Source of the DNA: Eledone cirrhosa
Taxonomy: Eukaryota
NCBI GenBank assembly: GCA_964016885.1
Contig: OZ024741.1
Coordinates: 355,508,001-355,572,000, forward strand
DNA: 64,000 bases
Direction of reading: 5' to 3'
Part shown: positions 26,140-39,959 of the stretch, piece by piece
How positions within the stretch are numbered: the stretch's first letter is position 1
How the letters are laid out: each line of letters opens with the position of its first letter
Translations under genes and position numbers: made by a program
The notes under the pieces: model-generated
The model's database searches: none
Seen by the model: the letters and a program-made list of their open reading frames with translations, nothing else
Told to the model about the DNA's origin: nothing

Positions 26140-27300
26140 TGTTTCTATTGTTGGCAAGAGTCCTGCAATTTGAAGGGAAGGAGAAAGTTGATTAAATCAA
26201 CCCCAGTGCATTACTGATACTTTATTTTATTGACCCTATAAGAATGAAAGGCAAAGCTAACCTCAGCCAGATTTATACTCACAATGTAAAGTGATGTAAA
26301 GTGATGTAACTATGTTCCACAAAGGAGTTGATAAAATGAAGTGCCACTAATGATGCATTGGGGTCAATTAATTAACTCCCCCCCACCAAAACTTGTTCGC
26401 TTTGCGCTCAAATGAGAAACCATTATAATTATTAAAGCACGGTCGATTGGCAGTGTTGGTAGAGAGTCAGATGCCATGTTTTGCAGCATAGAGTCTGAGG
26501 TTAACTTTGCCTTTCATCCTTACGGGGTCGATAAAATAAAGTACCAGTAATGCACTGGGATAATTGTTGGCCATGTGCGAAAAGTTGAAACAATTATTCT
26601 TAAAGGTCTTTGGATTGGCTGTATCGGGAGAGCGCCAGACACCATGCTTTGCGGCATAAAGGTATGGCCCTTTACGTTCTGAATTCAAATCCCGCCGAGG
26701 TTAGCTTTGCCTTACATCCTTACGGGCTTGATAAAATATAGCACCAGTAATGCACTGGGGTAATTGCTGGCCTTATGCCAAAAGTATAAACAATTAGTAT
26801 TATTAAAACAAATCAACATTAGTTATGGCTCTTTATGGTCTGTATTCAAATCTCACCAAGGTCAACTTTGCCTTTCATCCTTCCAGGGGGAATAAAATAA
26901 AATACCAGTTACATACTAGGATCGATATAATCAACTTTCCTCTTCTCACAAATTGCTGGCCTTGTGCCTAAATGAGAAATCATTATTATTGCTGTTGTTG
27001 TTTTGAGGTCAATTTTGTCCTTCCTCATTTCATCATGTTCATCATAATTGTCATTTTTATGTTTGCTTTCCATGCTGGCATGGTTTGAAAGGGAAAGGGG
27101 GTTTCACATTTTGTTCATACATTCCATTTATCACATGGTTTCTACAGCTGGACACCCTCTCAAAAACAAACCACTTTACAGAGTGTACTGGCTGTATTTT
27201 ATGAGAGGTTGGTATATTTCATATTGGAGGTTGGTGTAATCAACTTATTCCCTTCTCCTTAAATTTCTGGCTTTGTACCTAAATTAGAAATCATCATTAT
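26140..27300. mobile_element. Cluster of tRNA-derived SINE copies in both orientations
   Basis: At least four copies of the gcctttcatcc/gataaaataaagtaccag core (~26230 on minus; ~26510, 26710 and 26870 on plus). Confidence 0.75.
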
Positions 27301-27339
27301 TGGTATTGTTTTTTCTATTAGTGACTTAGTTTATCTTCA

Positions 27340-27459
27340 CTCTGCATCAACATCATCAACATCATCGACAATCCCCCACTATCATCATCATTATCATCAC
27401 TATTGCCATCACAATCATTGCCTTCATCATCATTGCCATCATCATCATCATTGTTGTTG

Positions 27460-27493
<34 letters not shown>

Positions 27494-27570
27494 CACCACC
27501 ACCACCACCACCACCACCACCACAATCATCATTATTATCATCATTCACACCATCATCATTATTATCACCA
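27340..27570. repeat. (CAT)n/(CAC)n compound microsatellite
   Basis: Direct inspection. Confidence 0.95.
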
Positions 27571-27682
27571 TTTCACATCCAATTTCCCCTACCACGATGC
27601 TGGCATGCATTGGACAGGTGGTCTTCACCCACATCTCAACAACTGAATGCAGATGTGTCTTTGAAAAGAAGTCTTATCTTAC

Positions 27683-27906
27683 CTTTCACCTTCAAATCCC
27701 ACCGCGCAGCTGCACACATAGAGACTAGGAGATGTATTTGTACAGGTGCCACCATTAAGACATGGTTGTGACAAACACATGTCCATTCTTTTCTCACACC
27801 TATCACCCATGTAGCCATCATCACACAAGCAAAAGTAGTTTCCAGGAGCTAAATTCTTACATATTCCATGGAGGCAAGGATTTGGCTGACACTCATCAAT
27901 ATCATG
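27683..27906 (-). CDS. Multi-EGF protein exon (EGF6-7)
   Basis: aaaag|CAT GAT ATT...GAA AG|gtaag; 224 bp, phase 0-2; HDIDECQPNPCLHGIC...CAVGFEGER. The acceptor context is unusually A-rich. Confidence 0.9.
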
Positions 27907-28559
27907 CTTTTGATGTTTTTTTTTTAGTGTTGAAATTATAAGAAAGAAAGAAAAAATTAAAAACAAATAAGCAAATTATGATAACAGAAATTATATTATA
28001 AACTACTAGCTGAGGGTATTTTATTAAAGTTACAATATTTGACCATTGAAATATGATTGCTGAATTTTAACTAAAGTCGGAATTATAGCAGAATATTTAT
28101 TGCCGTTTGTTTAAAGCAAATCATGTAGATAAAAATATTATTAGTTTTGTCCAGTGGTGATTTTTTTAAATACTGCTCCCTATTACAGTCAGCATATATA
28201 ATGCTTCGTACTTGGAAGAATCATTAGGTATGTTGTCAGTGGACAAAAAAAAAAAAAATTTAGATTTTATTTATCCATTTTTTTTGCACAATCAGAACCT
28301 CTGAAATTCAAACAAAATGTGAAGGCTATTTTAAAAAGCATAAATAAAATAAAATAAAAATAAATTTACCATTGGTTTATGAATGAATGAAGAATTTACT
28401 TACTCATTTCTGTAATTCAGGAAAGTTTATTTAAATGTGTCTAAGTGTGGTAAATATATACATATACACCAGGAACCAAACTCCCACTGTCACTGCCTCC
28501 ATCTCTCCTGATCTCCCCATCACTCACCATTATGAGCAAATGGGGGCCTACGCGCTGGC

Positions 28560-28805
28560 TGCCCAGCAGCCCCGGCGGTTGGAATAGAGGATGATGAGGG
28601 AGACGCACTGGAAAATCCATTCCGGCTTGTGAGGCTCACCCCTGTGGGTAGCCAACTTTGTGCCGATGGTGGTAAGTTGGGAGGTAGCCCAAGAGCCAAG
28701 GAAACCAGAAGTCTCCATTGCTATGAGCTCAACAACAAACCTGTTGACGAGCGACCGATATTTGGAGAGTTTATGCTCCTTGGCCCAAAGTGCAGCAGAG
28801 CCTGG
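28560..28805 (-). mobile_element. Decayed fragment of an RLE-type non-LTR retrotransposon (CRE-like C-terminus)
   Basis: SAALWAKEHKLSKY..LIAMETSGFLG..IGTKLATHRGEP..WIFQCVS matches the recalled A..AE..K..KY..ET.G..G..FQR.S pattern. Confidence 0.55.
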
Positions 28806-30799
28806 GTTAATTAAAATTTTTACACTGTAGCTTTCACCAGCTTTTACCTCTATGGCAGTAGGATCTTGTTTGAGGGAGATTTGTTTTCTATTTCTTTTAG
28901 GTACACTAACAGTTATAGTGGCTTCCATGACATACACACATGCATGTGTGTGTGTAAGACTGTTCACTGTGATTTGAAATGGATTTTGCTAATATTTCTA
29001 GTAGATCGAGGTGTCACATACAACCTTTCCATTTTGCTTCATATATATACACGAGACAGTAGACTGGGATATATATATGTCTCTCACTTAAGTACGGTGA
29101 TAAACACACACACACACACTTGTCTCTAATTTTAGAACGCCGAGACACACACGCGCGCGTACACAAACACACACACTCACATACACACAGTCTCATTACG
29201 ACTTTTGTGAAAGAGAGAGAGAAAGAGAAGTAACGTTAAGAAAGGAGTTAGTTAAGAAGCATTTAAAAAATGAATAAATAAAAGTTAGTTATTGAACTAT
29301 GCTATCATTTTTCTGTTTCTTTCTCTCTTTCTTTGGCTCTCTTCCTCTCTTTCTCTCACCCCCTCCTCTCTCTCTCTTATCCACGCTCTCCCATCCCCTC
29401 TCTTTCTCTCTTATCCCCTCTCTCTCTTTCTCTACAGAATGAAGAACAAAAAAATATAAATAAATTGTTGCTTCATTTTGGAGGACTGAGTTGTGGGAGG
29501 AGGAAGGGGGGTAATGGGAGGGAGGGTTTAATGTCCCCAGGGGTTCCATTATTGAAATCCAATTAGCCAGTCATATTTCTGAATATTAGCTTAACATGTG
29601 TGTAAAGTTTCATCAGGATCGGATCACTGGTTTAGACGCCAACTGGTTACACACAGACAGACAGAAATTGCCATTTATATGGTAGATGACGGTTTCTGAT
29701 TTAGGACAACAATTTTGTGGGGAAGAGAAAGTCGATTAAATCAACCCCAGTGCATTACTGGTACTTTATTTTAGCGCCCTGGATTTGAACTCAGAATGTA
29801 AAGAGACATAACTCAATTCCACAAAGCATGTTATCTGGCGCTATACCAATACTGCCAATCCACCACCCTTGTTTTATCAACTACAATAATAGCAAATGTC
29901 TCCATATCTATTTATTTATATATTTGTCTGTCACTCACTGAAAGGGAGATGACTGAGGAAAAAAAGGGGTTGTTGACAAACAATATAAAACAGCGACCAG
30001 CGTTCTAAGAGATGTTACACTTGTGTAAGTATATGTGTAGTGAATTGGCTATTATTATTGTGTGAGTGTTTGTCTGGGTGTATGTGTGTGAGTGTATGTG
30101 TGTTTGTGTGAATATATTTATATGAATATTATTAAATGTTTGACATTCAAGTTGAATAATGTGTGATGAAGATAGTTAGTTAGACTAAAGGAAACAAGAA
30201 AAAACACAGAACAGGTGTTATGCAGAGTGGGAAAGGTGGGCTAGTAGTAATAGACATATCTCAGCTGTTTCGTAGCACTGAGATAAAAGAATGAGCTAAG
30301 AGAGTCGTGTGATCACCAATTCAAATGATCAAAATCCAGAGATAGGAGTTATATATATGCAAAGCATGTGTTTAGAAGATGGTGAGCGGTTAATAGCACA
30401 CTTGTCCGGCAAACAGAAAGTGCTGGTGCCCATTTTTTTCCATTTAAGACTCAGAACTCTCCTATGTTTTTTGCTACTGGAAGTCCTCTTTTTTGTTGAA
30501 ACACTAAAAGTTGAATAAGCTGAGTTTACTCAATAAAATGCCTGTCCTTGCATTTCTCGGTGTTATGTCTTCATTGTAGTATTGAATTCAATAATATATT
30601 AAAACTTGTCGCATGGATTCTGTGCTCTACACCTTGGATATCTTCGCCAAACTATATATATATATATATAGGTATTAGAGGTGCAAATTAATTGCAGCCG
30701 TAGGCGGTATGCCAAGATGAGCACTCGATGCTCGTGGTGAGCAGAGTATCAACAATAATAATATATAAGGGTGAGTGGTTGATAGCACACTTGTCAAAT

Positions 30800-33700
30800 C
30801 TCAGTGGGGAAGACAACCTAGAACTCAGCAGTTATTACTGCCATTTCTTGGTCAAGAGGGTATTTTACACTGGTCTCATACTGAAGCCATTCATGTGTAG
30901 CTGCCGGTCCGCCGGAAGTCTGCTGTTTTAGTCTTTTGAAGTAAGTACAAAGGGAATAAAGAAATAAATATTAAAAGAAAAAAATAAAATAAATAAAACC
31001 AATCTTTACAAAAAGATAAAGAAGCAATAAAGAAATAAATAATACGGACAGAAAAAATGCGATTGTGAGATAGAAAATAAAAGGATAAGATGAAGAAATA
31101 AAAAAGTAAAAGGATAAAACCATAAAAACATAAAATAATAAAAAAAACATAAAAAATATATATAAAAAAATAAAAAGATAAAGCAATAATAATGCAGATA
31201 AAGGATAAAAAGTAATATATACTCCAAGAAAATGCGGGATTACAAGTGTTGCCAACAGCAGACTGGAGTGCCGTGGAGGGTGGTTGAGAGGACCCGCACT
31301 GAACTTAACACCAACAACACCCTATCCACTATAGTGCCCCAATCTGTCGTGAGCCATGACACTGACACCCAACTGACAACAACATCGACCGTGATCCCTA
31401 GTGTCTTAACAGGCTGATACAGAAATGATGTAACACCTGGAACCCTGGGCCCCGGTGCACAACATCAGAATAGGCATCCTGTCACCCTGCCTTGCAACTG
31501 CCGTAATAAAGCACAATGCCCTCTCCAGGGCAACTGCATGGTCAGGAATATCATGTACAAATGTGTTGTTGAAACGCAGAACACTCCACAATTATATTGG
31601 TGCAATATCCACAAATTTTAAATCGAGGATGTACAACCACACAAATTCTTTCAAGGACTGGACCAAGAGGCATTCCACAAGACTGGCAGACTTAATTTGG
31701 ATGCTAAAGGAAAATAGCACAAGCTTTAAACTACACTGGAGCATAGTGTAACGTGTGGTAGCATAGTCTGTGGGCAGTGGCCACTGCAAATTCTGTGTGG
31801 CAGAAACCATGGAGATTGTAAAATTAAAGCAAAACTTGGTTAATCTCAAGTCTGAAATTATCATGGCTTGCAGGCACCACCGGAAATGCATTTTTTCTTC
31901 ACTTAACTTTCCCACCTAGGAGCTTGATGAGTGCATGGTACATGCAGGCAACCAGTGCACTGGGGTAGCCCTACTTTTTGTCAAGCACTAGAACTGACCC
32001 TTGGGCCTACTCTGCATGTATAACTTAGCACATATAAGAATGCAAACATACATAAGAACATACTCATACATGCACACACAACATCGTACACAACCTAAAA
32101 CTTATGCATATCACCACATGCACATACACTCACATGCATGTACACAAACACACCATATAGGCACATACCCAACTTGATCATACATCCTTTTACTTATCCA
32201 TCTATGTTTTTTAAAAAACAACTGTATTATTATATTATTTTATTATGTTTGTATTATTTCTTTTATATATATATATATATGTGTGTGTGCATATATATCA
32301 TCATCATCATCATCGTTTAATGTCTATCTTCCACACTAACATAGGTTACACGGGAATTGTTCCACTTGAAGCGAGATTAATTGGATGACCATGTCTCATT
32401 CGTATAGGACTGTATCTAGCATGTTTTCTATGGCTGGATGCCCTTCCTAACAAAAACACATTTACAGTGTGGACTGGGAGCCTTTTTAATGTCTCCTACA
32501 CGACCACTTTACAGCATGGACTGTGTGCTTTTTGTAGTGACACCTACACAACCACTTTAGAGACGGCTTTACAATTTACTTTTCAATGTATTGTCATACA
32601 TACTACCTTTATGCACATTTCTAAAGTATTGAATTATTTTTATGTGATGATTAATCAGGTGTTGAGAATATAAACAATGTTTTATTTTTGATATGTCCAT
32701 TGTTATGTAAGACAATCTATTGAGGTGTAAAATTGTGTGTGTGTGTGTATGTATGTGTGCACACACACACACACATATATATATATAGTTCAAAAGGACA
32801 AACAAACAAATGCAAGAGTCAATTGTACATAATTGTATTAGGTTCACGCTTGGTGAGATTGGAGGAGGTTTCGACATTTCAGACATAAGTCCTTCATCAG
32901 GAAAGTTGAGATAACTTCGAGAGGGAGTAAGGAGGGAAGTTAACGAGAAGAACATGAAAATAAGGGGTGGATGGAGGGAGAGAGGGAGAGAGAAGGGGGG
33001 GGCGCAAGAAAATCAGAGTCTGGGCGGGGATTATGTGTGGATGTAAGTATGAGAGTTTGGAAGGAAGTGAGTGCATGTGAATGTAGGTTTTGATAAAACA
33101 TTGTGTGTGTGTTGGGGTGGAGTATATGTCTGTGCATGTTGGGGTGGAGTATATGTCTGTGCATGTATAGTCCCTGTATGGATGTTGGTGTGTCTTTTAG
33201 TGTGGATGGAGGGGGCCAGGTGGGATGAGAACTTGTCAAATCTGGGGTGAAGTGTGGGTGTATGTGTAGATTGGCATGTGTGAGTGTGTGTGTGTATGGT
33301 TAAAATAAGGGGATTTGTGGTACGTTTGTACGTGATGTGGGTTTGTGTAAGGTGCATAGTTGTGTGTGTGCAGAAATAGTGTATGTGTCTATGTTTCTGT
33401 ATGGATGTTGATGTGTATGTGTGTGGATGGTAAAAATCTGAGGGTAGAGCGGGTAGATTTCAATGTGAGGTAAAGAGAAAAATGGTGATAAGGAGATGAA
33501 ATGGCAGTGTGACGTACACAACCGGAAGTGGTCAAGTCGAAAGATTGGCAGCACAGGTTTTATTTATTATACTTTATCCTTTATCTGCATTATCATTGCT
33601 TTATCTTTTTATTTCTTGTAAAGATTGGTATTATTTTTTATCTTTTTATTTCTTTATTCCTTTTGTACTTACTTCAAAAGACTATAACAGCAGACTTCTG

Positions 33701-33830
33701 GCAGACTGGCTTCATGCATGAATGGCTTCGGTATGAGACCAGCACAAAATGCCATCTTGACCAAGAAACAGCAGTAATAGCCGCTGATTCTAGGTCACCT
33801 CACCACTGGGATTTGACCAAATACAATTTA
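30800..33830. mobile_element. Composite of Penelope-like remnants: inverted pLTR-like arms, a Naiad GIY-YIG fragment and a hammerhead-bearing pLTR
   Basis: ~30800-31215 is an inverted copy of ~33560-33820; YIGAISTNFKSRMYNH..STRLADLIWMLK..CKFC..CRHH at 31590-31890 (+); 32790-32905 is the reverse-complement homologue of 17965-18085. Confidence 0.65.
32868..32905 (-). ncRNA. Minimal type I hammerhead motif
   Basis: Minus strand: tttc CTGATGA aGGAC ttat GTCT GAAA TG TC gaaa. Confidence 0.65.
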
Positions 33831-34082
33831 ACAGGATGAATACGGTGATAACACATTCCTTTAGCAGAGTGTGTGGCAGCCTAAATTAATGAATCGGGAT
33901 AACTATCTAACTATCCAACCACTCTTAGGCGTGAATCTACATTTGAACATATATCTGAAAAGCTTCCGATTCCAGAGTCAGGATCGATCATTAATCGATC
34001 GTTCCTTGAGCTGATAAACAGTGAAACGTAAGTAATATGTAATTAAATATGTATATGATGCAACACTGATTCTTTGTTCCCT

Positions 34083-34200
<118 letters not shown>

Positions 34201-34415
34201 AATTTAGCGAGAATCGCATTTCGGCGGATGGAAATTAGCAAAACGCAACTTCCGTAATGTGTAGACAAGTGCTCCATGAATATGAAGAAGATACCAGAGC
34301 TATAAACATAAGTTAAAAAGGTCATACAAACTGGGACGATGGTTAAGAAGCCATTAACCACCATAGCCAAATAAGCAAACAAGCTAAACGGGTCAAACAA
34401 AATAAAATATGATTG

Positions 34416-34460
<45 letters not shown>

Positions 34461-34466
<6 letters not shown>

Positions 34467-36530
34467 GCTTATTAGCCCAACCACCTCTGACTTGGGTCGT
34501 ATCAGCAAGAAAATTCTCGATAGGATCATCCCTGGCATGCGAGACGCTATGACCTATAAACTGTGGTCTAACACCGGCCAAGTCATTAGATGGTTCTCAG
34601 ATCTTGGGTCCAAGGACTTGATGAGGTTTCTCCAGTTTGACATTGACGGTTACTACACTTCTATATCCCCGGCACTGCTTAACAAAACATTAACTCTAGC
34701 TTGCACTAATTCAGACATAACTAATAAAGAGATTGACATCATCCTTATGGCTAAGCAGACTATTATCGAATTCAAAGGCTCATTCTGGACAAGAAAGGAG
34801 AGAGCGGATGACTTTGATATCACAATGGGCTCTAGCAATTCTGCGCAAGTCACAGACTTAGTTGGAATCTACCTCTTACACAACATTAGAGCTGAGCTCC
34901 CACCTTTGCAAGGCGGATTATATAGGGACGACGCCCTATTTGCGGTCCACAATTGCAAGGATCGTGGCATTGAATTGCTCAAAAAACAACTACACAGATT
35001 CATTAAAGATAACGGTCTATCTATTACCATCGAACCTAACCATAAGGTAGTGAGTTTCCTTGATGTCACCCTTGATCTTACTAACAACTTATATTACCCT
35101 TATCATAAACCAGGTGAAATACTTACTTATATTAGCCTGCACTCTAACCACCCACCAGCAGTCATCAGAGCGGTATTAAGTCTATCTCATATAGGATCTC
35201 CTTGCTATCCGCCAATGAGGAGATATTTAATGCCCATGCGGCATATTATAGTAAGGCCCTTTCTGAATCTGGTTATACACAGTCTATCTACTACATACCT
35301 AAGGGCCATAACACAGAACTTCACCACAACCCCAATAACTTTAACACTAGAACTAGAAATACATTAGCATTTAGCCAGATTTGCCGGAAGTCTAGGCCTA
35401 CCAATACCTATACAGCTAATCGTAATAGTGGCAGAGGCCTAATCCCTACTCCTAGAAGCAGACTCAGAATCAGCCCTAGATTAAGAAATGATAATAGGCC
35501 GACCATTAGCAAGCACATTGGCAATAATAACACTAGTAATGCCCCTGCCAACTCTGCTAGACCCCATAGACGTAACAGGCCTAGAAAAATCACCTGGCTT
35601 AAGCCCCCGTCTCATCTAACTTAGCTACCAACATCCCTAAACGCTTCTTCTCCATCCTATCTAAACCCCCCCCCCCTAACCATAGATATTACAAGCTCTT
35701 TCATAAAAACAATATTAAAATCTCTTTCTCCACTACACCGAACCTAGCCTAGCCACATCGCATTTAGCAACTATCATAAACTAAAAAAATATAACCCCCC
35801 CCCCCATAAGTACTTCACGTAGCCATACCAATACTCATCGTAATAACAGAACACCCCCCTCCAATCCCACTAGTACACACCAGCTGCATAGTTTAAACAA
35901 CCCTACTCTTACTATTCGCAACTGTAGTTGCAACTGCCGTAACCCTACTGCATGCCCGCTTAACGGCCAGTGCCTTACGCCCAATATCGTATATAGGTGC
36001 AGGGTTAGAACAGCCTCATCCCCTAGCTCTTATATTGGCTCTATATCAAACCCCTTTAAGGTTCGCTATAATGCACACTCATTTTCCTTCCGCGACCCTA
36101 GCAATAGATGCTCAACTTCTCTAACTAGGGTCATTAAAAACATTAGACTAGCCAACATTGAACATTCAATAGCTTGGGATATCTTGGTTAGATCCCCTGC
36201 GTTTAATGGGAGAAAAAACTCTTGCGACCTCTGTCTTACCGAGGCCTATCACATACCTTTTATTTCTGCTTTATATATAGTAATAATCTCATTATCTCTC
36301 CCTAAGTTCCGAAGATCTGCTCCATAATATTCTATGTTGCTTATATTTCTCTGCACCAATTAATAACTTTCTTACCATCGATTGATCCAGAAACATTATA
36401 TGGAGTAGTGAAACAATTGTAAACTGACATTACTATCCCCTTTCTATATTAAACTGCACTTAATATTGATACTCTGTGACTAATGTCTTCTATGTGAATT
36501 TGTGGTCTTGATTTGCTTAACTACTGAATA
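34461..36530 (+). mobile_element. 5'-truncated Naiad-type Penelope-like retroelement (RT, GIY-YIG, pLTR) in (TA)n
   Basis: RT: FLQFDIDGYYTSI, FDITMGS, GLYRDD, FLDVTLDL, SNHPP. Linker: RKITW.KPP, CNC..CPLNGQC. EN: IVY..YIG..FKVRYNAH..CDLCLTE. Frameshifted. Confidence 0.88.
36305..36424 (+). ncRNA. Hammerhead-like motif in the PLE pLTR (core variant CCGAAGA)
   Basis: agtt CCGAAGA tCTGCTCCATA...TATGGAGTAGt GAAA CAATTG TA aact. Confidence 0.55.
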
Positions 36531-36569
36531 TAAATATATATATATGTATATATATATATATTCCCTCCA

Positions 36570-37792
36570 TTTTACAGCATGGGCAACAACTGCAGAGGAT
36601 ATGAGAAGGCTGGAGAGAAATGAAGCAAGCATGCCCCGATGGATGTGAAATACTGGTGGAAGGAAGATGCAGTAGAAGAAAACCACGAAAAACATGGGCG
36701 GAGGTAGTGAGAGCTGACCTCAGATCACTGCTTTTTCACCTTGGTCACTCTACCACAGCCCACATCCTTATTCTTTGGCATATAGTAGAAGAACTAAAAA
36801 ACCATGGCATGAAGGCCGTATTAGCATTTATCGATTTCTGAAATGGCTTTGATTTCATCAAATTGCCCCAAAAATGCTTGAAATTCTTGAAGCTTACAGC
36901 ATTCCACCTGATGTAGTCAACACGATCCAAGTCATGTACAACAATATCTCTGCAGCAGTAATCACACCAGATGGGGAGACTGATGCATTGAACATCAACA
37001 CATGTGTTTTCCAAGGTGACCCTCTCGCTCCAATCTTGTTCATTATCTGTCCTAGATTATACATTATTAAGTTGCACAGGGTCTCCTCATCAGAGTTGAG
37101 AAGGCATGCCCCGATGTTGGTCTGTTTCTGAATGTACCAAAGATGAAGTGCATGCATTTGAATCCATCTACCAGAGATTGACTGCACACATTAGATGGCT
37201 CAGATATTGAACTCGTAAGTGATTTCATGTATCTGGTTGGTTACACTGACTCTGGCCGTGGCATGAATGTTAGTATTGTTCAGTCATGGAGTGCACTTCA
37301 CTCTTTACAGAAGGTGTGGAAAGCAGCCACCCACAAGGACACAAAAAAGAGGTAGTTTCTGGCCTGCATAGAAATGTTCCTTCTGTACAGTTCAGAGTTG
37401 TGGACGTTGAATGCTGTTTGCTACAAGAGACTCGATGATACACACACCAGAATGCTATACTCAGTATACAACATCTCCTGGAGATGTCATCCAACAAACA
37501 AGTTACTCTGTCTTGCATCTCTGATGTTGTGAAGTATAGTCATCTGGCCCTTGCCAGTCATGTCACTCGCCATGATAAACCAACTGGAAGATTGCTTCTC
37601 TAGACTCCAGATACAAAGAGACAAGTTGTTCAGCTGTATATCACCTTGAAATCAATCATTGAGATGGACACAGGCCTTAAAGGAACAGATCTGTGTGCTG
37701 CAATGGTTGACTAAGGACTCTGGAGCTCGAACTTTGTCAACACCTCACCACCGCCTCAAAATATCAGATGACTCAAAAGGAAGAAGAAGAAT
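36570..37792 (+). mobile_element. Decayed RTE-like LINE fragments (two families joined)
   Basis: RRKPRKTWAEVV, then AFIDF..ILEAYSIP..VFQGDPLAPILF; (GAA)n tail. Confidence 0.65.
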
Positions 37793-38238
37793 ATATACAT
37801 ATATATTTGAAAAATGATAAGAATGACTTTTCTGATGTAAAAAAGTAATAATCATCAGAAAAGTAATTCTCATCATTTTTCAAATATATTTGACTGTATC
37901 CAGGATATTTCTTTATTTTTACTATATATATGTATATTAATTACATAAGGCTATGGTGCAACATGTATTGGTTATCATTTGGTTTCCTACACACACACAT
38001 ATGCATACTGAATGAAGGACTCATATATAGTATGTAGAGTCAATATGAAACTAGTTATTTATAATGATTGTTTTCTTCAAAGTTTCATCAATGTTAAAGC
38101 TTATCAAAAAAAAAAAATGTTTGTTTTAAGGTTTTGTGTGGTAGATAAGCAATAATATTTAAAAAGAAATGGAGAAAAAACAAACAAAATAAAACAAGAC
38201 AAAACATAAAACAACAAAATACCAGATGTTTGTCTTAC

Positions 38239-38588
38239 CTCACAGTATAATCCAGTATAACCTGAAAGGCAGTTACACAGAAAGGAACCAGGAGGCCCTT
38301 GCGTGCAGATACCCCTATTGTGGCAGGGGCTAGAATCACATTCATTAATGTCAATATTGCAATTATATCCTGTAAAACCTTGAGGACAGGCACATGTGTA
38401 ATTGAGGCCAGGTTCTGGTTGACATGTGCCACCATTCAAACAAGGGTTCTGAGTTGAGCAAGCATCTTCAATGATTTGGCAAAATCGACCATCATTTCCA
38501 ATTGGACAAATGCAGCGGAACATACCAGGCGCAGGCTGTTGGCATGTACCACCATTTTCACAAGGGGAACTTGCACACTCATCAATAT
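38239..38588 (-). CDS. Multi-EGF protein exon (EGF3-5)
   Basis: aacag|AT ATT GAT...TGT GAG|gtaag; 350 bp, phase 1-0; three six-Cys repeats starting DIDECASSPCENGGTC. Confidence 0.95.
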
Positions 38589-39134
38589 CTGTTGAATAAA
38601 GAGGATATTCAAACCTGTTATATCAATATCATTTTGATATCTATTATAAACAAAACATATTGATATTTGTTATATCAATATCATATTGATATCTATTTTA
38701 TAAAAAAAAAATGTTTTTATTATTATCTGTTATAAAAGAAAATTGAACTTATTAAAGTTTATAAAACTGAAATTATGCAAAAGTTATATAATTCTTTCGA
38801 AAATTTAATTCTTTTACTGTTTCACTGGTTTTAACATACTTTGTTGTGGCACCATTTTTGAGTATTTTAGTCAATTATATCAACCTCAGTATTTTGTCTG
38901 GTACTTGAATTATCAATCTGTAGTTATCAAGAGGCTAACTAAACAAATATCACAGGTTATTTTTGATTAGCACACTAATTTAATGGTGATCACTGCAGAT
39001 ACACACACACAGATCTGACTCCCCAAACACATTCACATATACACACAGGATATCCAAAATGTCATCAAGGAGTTTGATTCAATTAAATTTACCAGCAACA
39101 TCTACATATCCTTTAAATTACCATCCGCTAGATC

Positions 39135-39746
39135 TTGTACCGCTAAATACTTACCTATGTTCTAGACATGATACATTATTACATATTCTATGACTTAACA
39201 CTTACTACATGGTGTATGCATGCATGGTCCTGTAACTCCTGAGGGAGTCATAGGGGTGCTATATTGACAAACAACATTTCTAGGGCATTGCCAACTATTC
39301 TCTGACACCTACCATATGTTGTATAGCTAAACATTTATGACATGTTCTATGACCTAACAGCTACTACATGGTGTTCTGTTAAACACTTACATCTGATGCC
39401 ATTACCATATGTTCTATTACCTAACATCTATCACATGTATATTTAAACACTTACCACATGTTCTAAGATCTAATAGCTACTTCATAGTATTTAGCTAAAC
39501 ATTTACAACTTAATAACTACTGCATGCTATATAGCTAAAAACCACATCTGATGCTATCGTCACATGTTCTATGACTAACATATACTACATGTTATATAGT
39601 AAAACACTACAACTGATGCCATTGCCATATGTTTTATGACTAAACATGTACTACATGGTGGTCTACAAGCACATGTTCTGCACACCATATGTTACCACAT
39701 GTTGTTGACTGAACATCTGCTACATGTTATACACCTAAACACTTAC
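39135..39746. repeat. Degenerate minisatellite abutting the exon donor
   Basis: Repeated acatgttctatgac(c)taaca..tactacatg and taaacacttac units. Confidence 0.8.
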
Positions 39747-39860
39747 CTATTTCACAGAAAAACCCTGTGTAGCCAGTGACACAGGAGCAGTTGAAGAAAC
39801 CAATACCATCCTTACATGTTCCCCCATTCAAGCATTGAACATCTTTGCAGTCGTCTATAC
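39747..39860 (-). CDS. Multi-EGF protein exon (EGF2)
   Basis: ccag|GT ATA...ATA G|gtaagt; 114 bp, phase 1-1; GIDDCKDVQCLNGGTCKDGIGFFNCSCVTGYTGFFCEI. Confidence 0.93.
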
Positions 39861-39959
39861 CTGGTGTAACAACAACAACAACACTAACAATAACAATACC
39901 AAAATTCAATAAATGCATCAACAACAACAACAATAAAAGCAACCAGAATAAAGTAAAGA

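Noticed and set aside
29560-29690. Possible Helitron/Helentron-like non-autonomous 3' end
   Set aside because: The resemblance is from memory only. I could not define the other terminus or a diagnostic hairpin.
35915-36245. Selenocysteine (in-frame TGA) in the Naiad PLE, as reported for some Naiads
   Set aside because: The conserved Cys positions visible here and at 18120-18490 are TGC/TGT.
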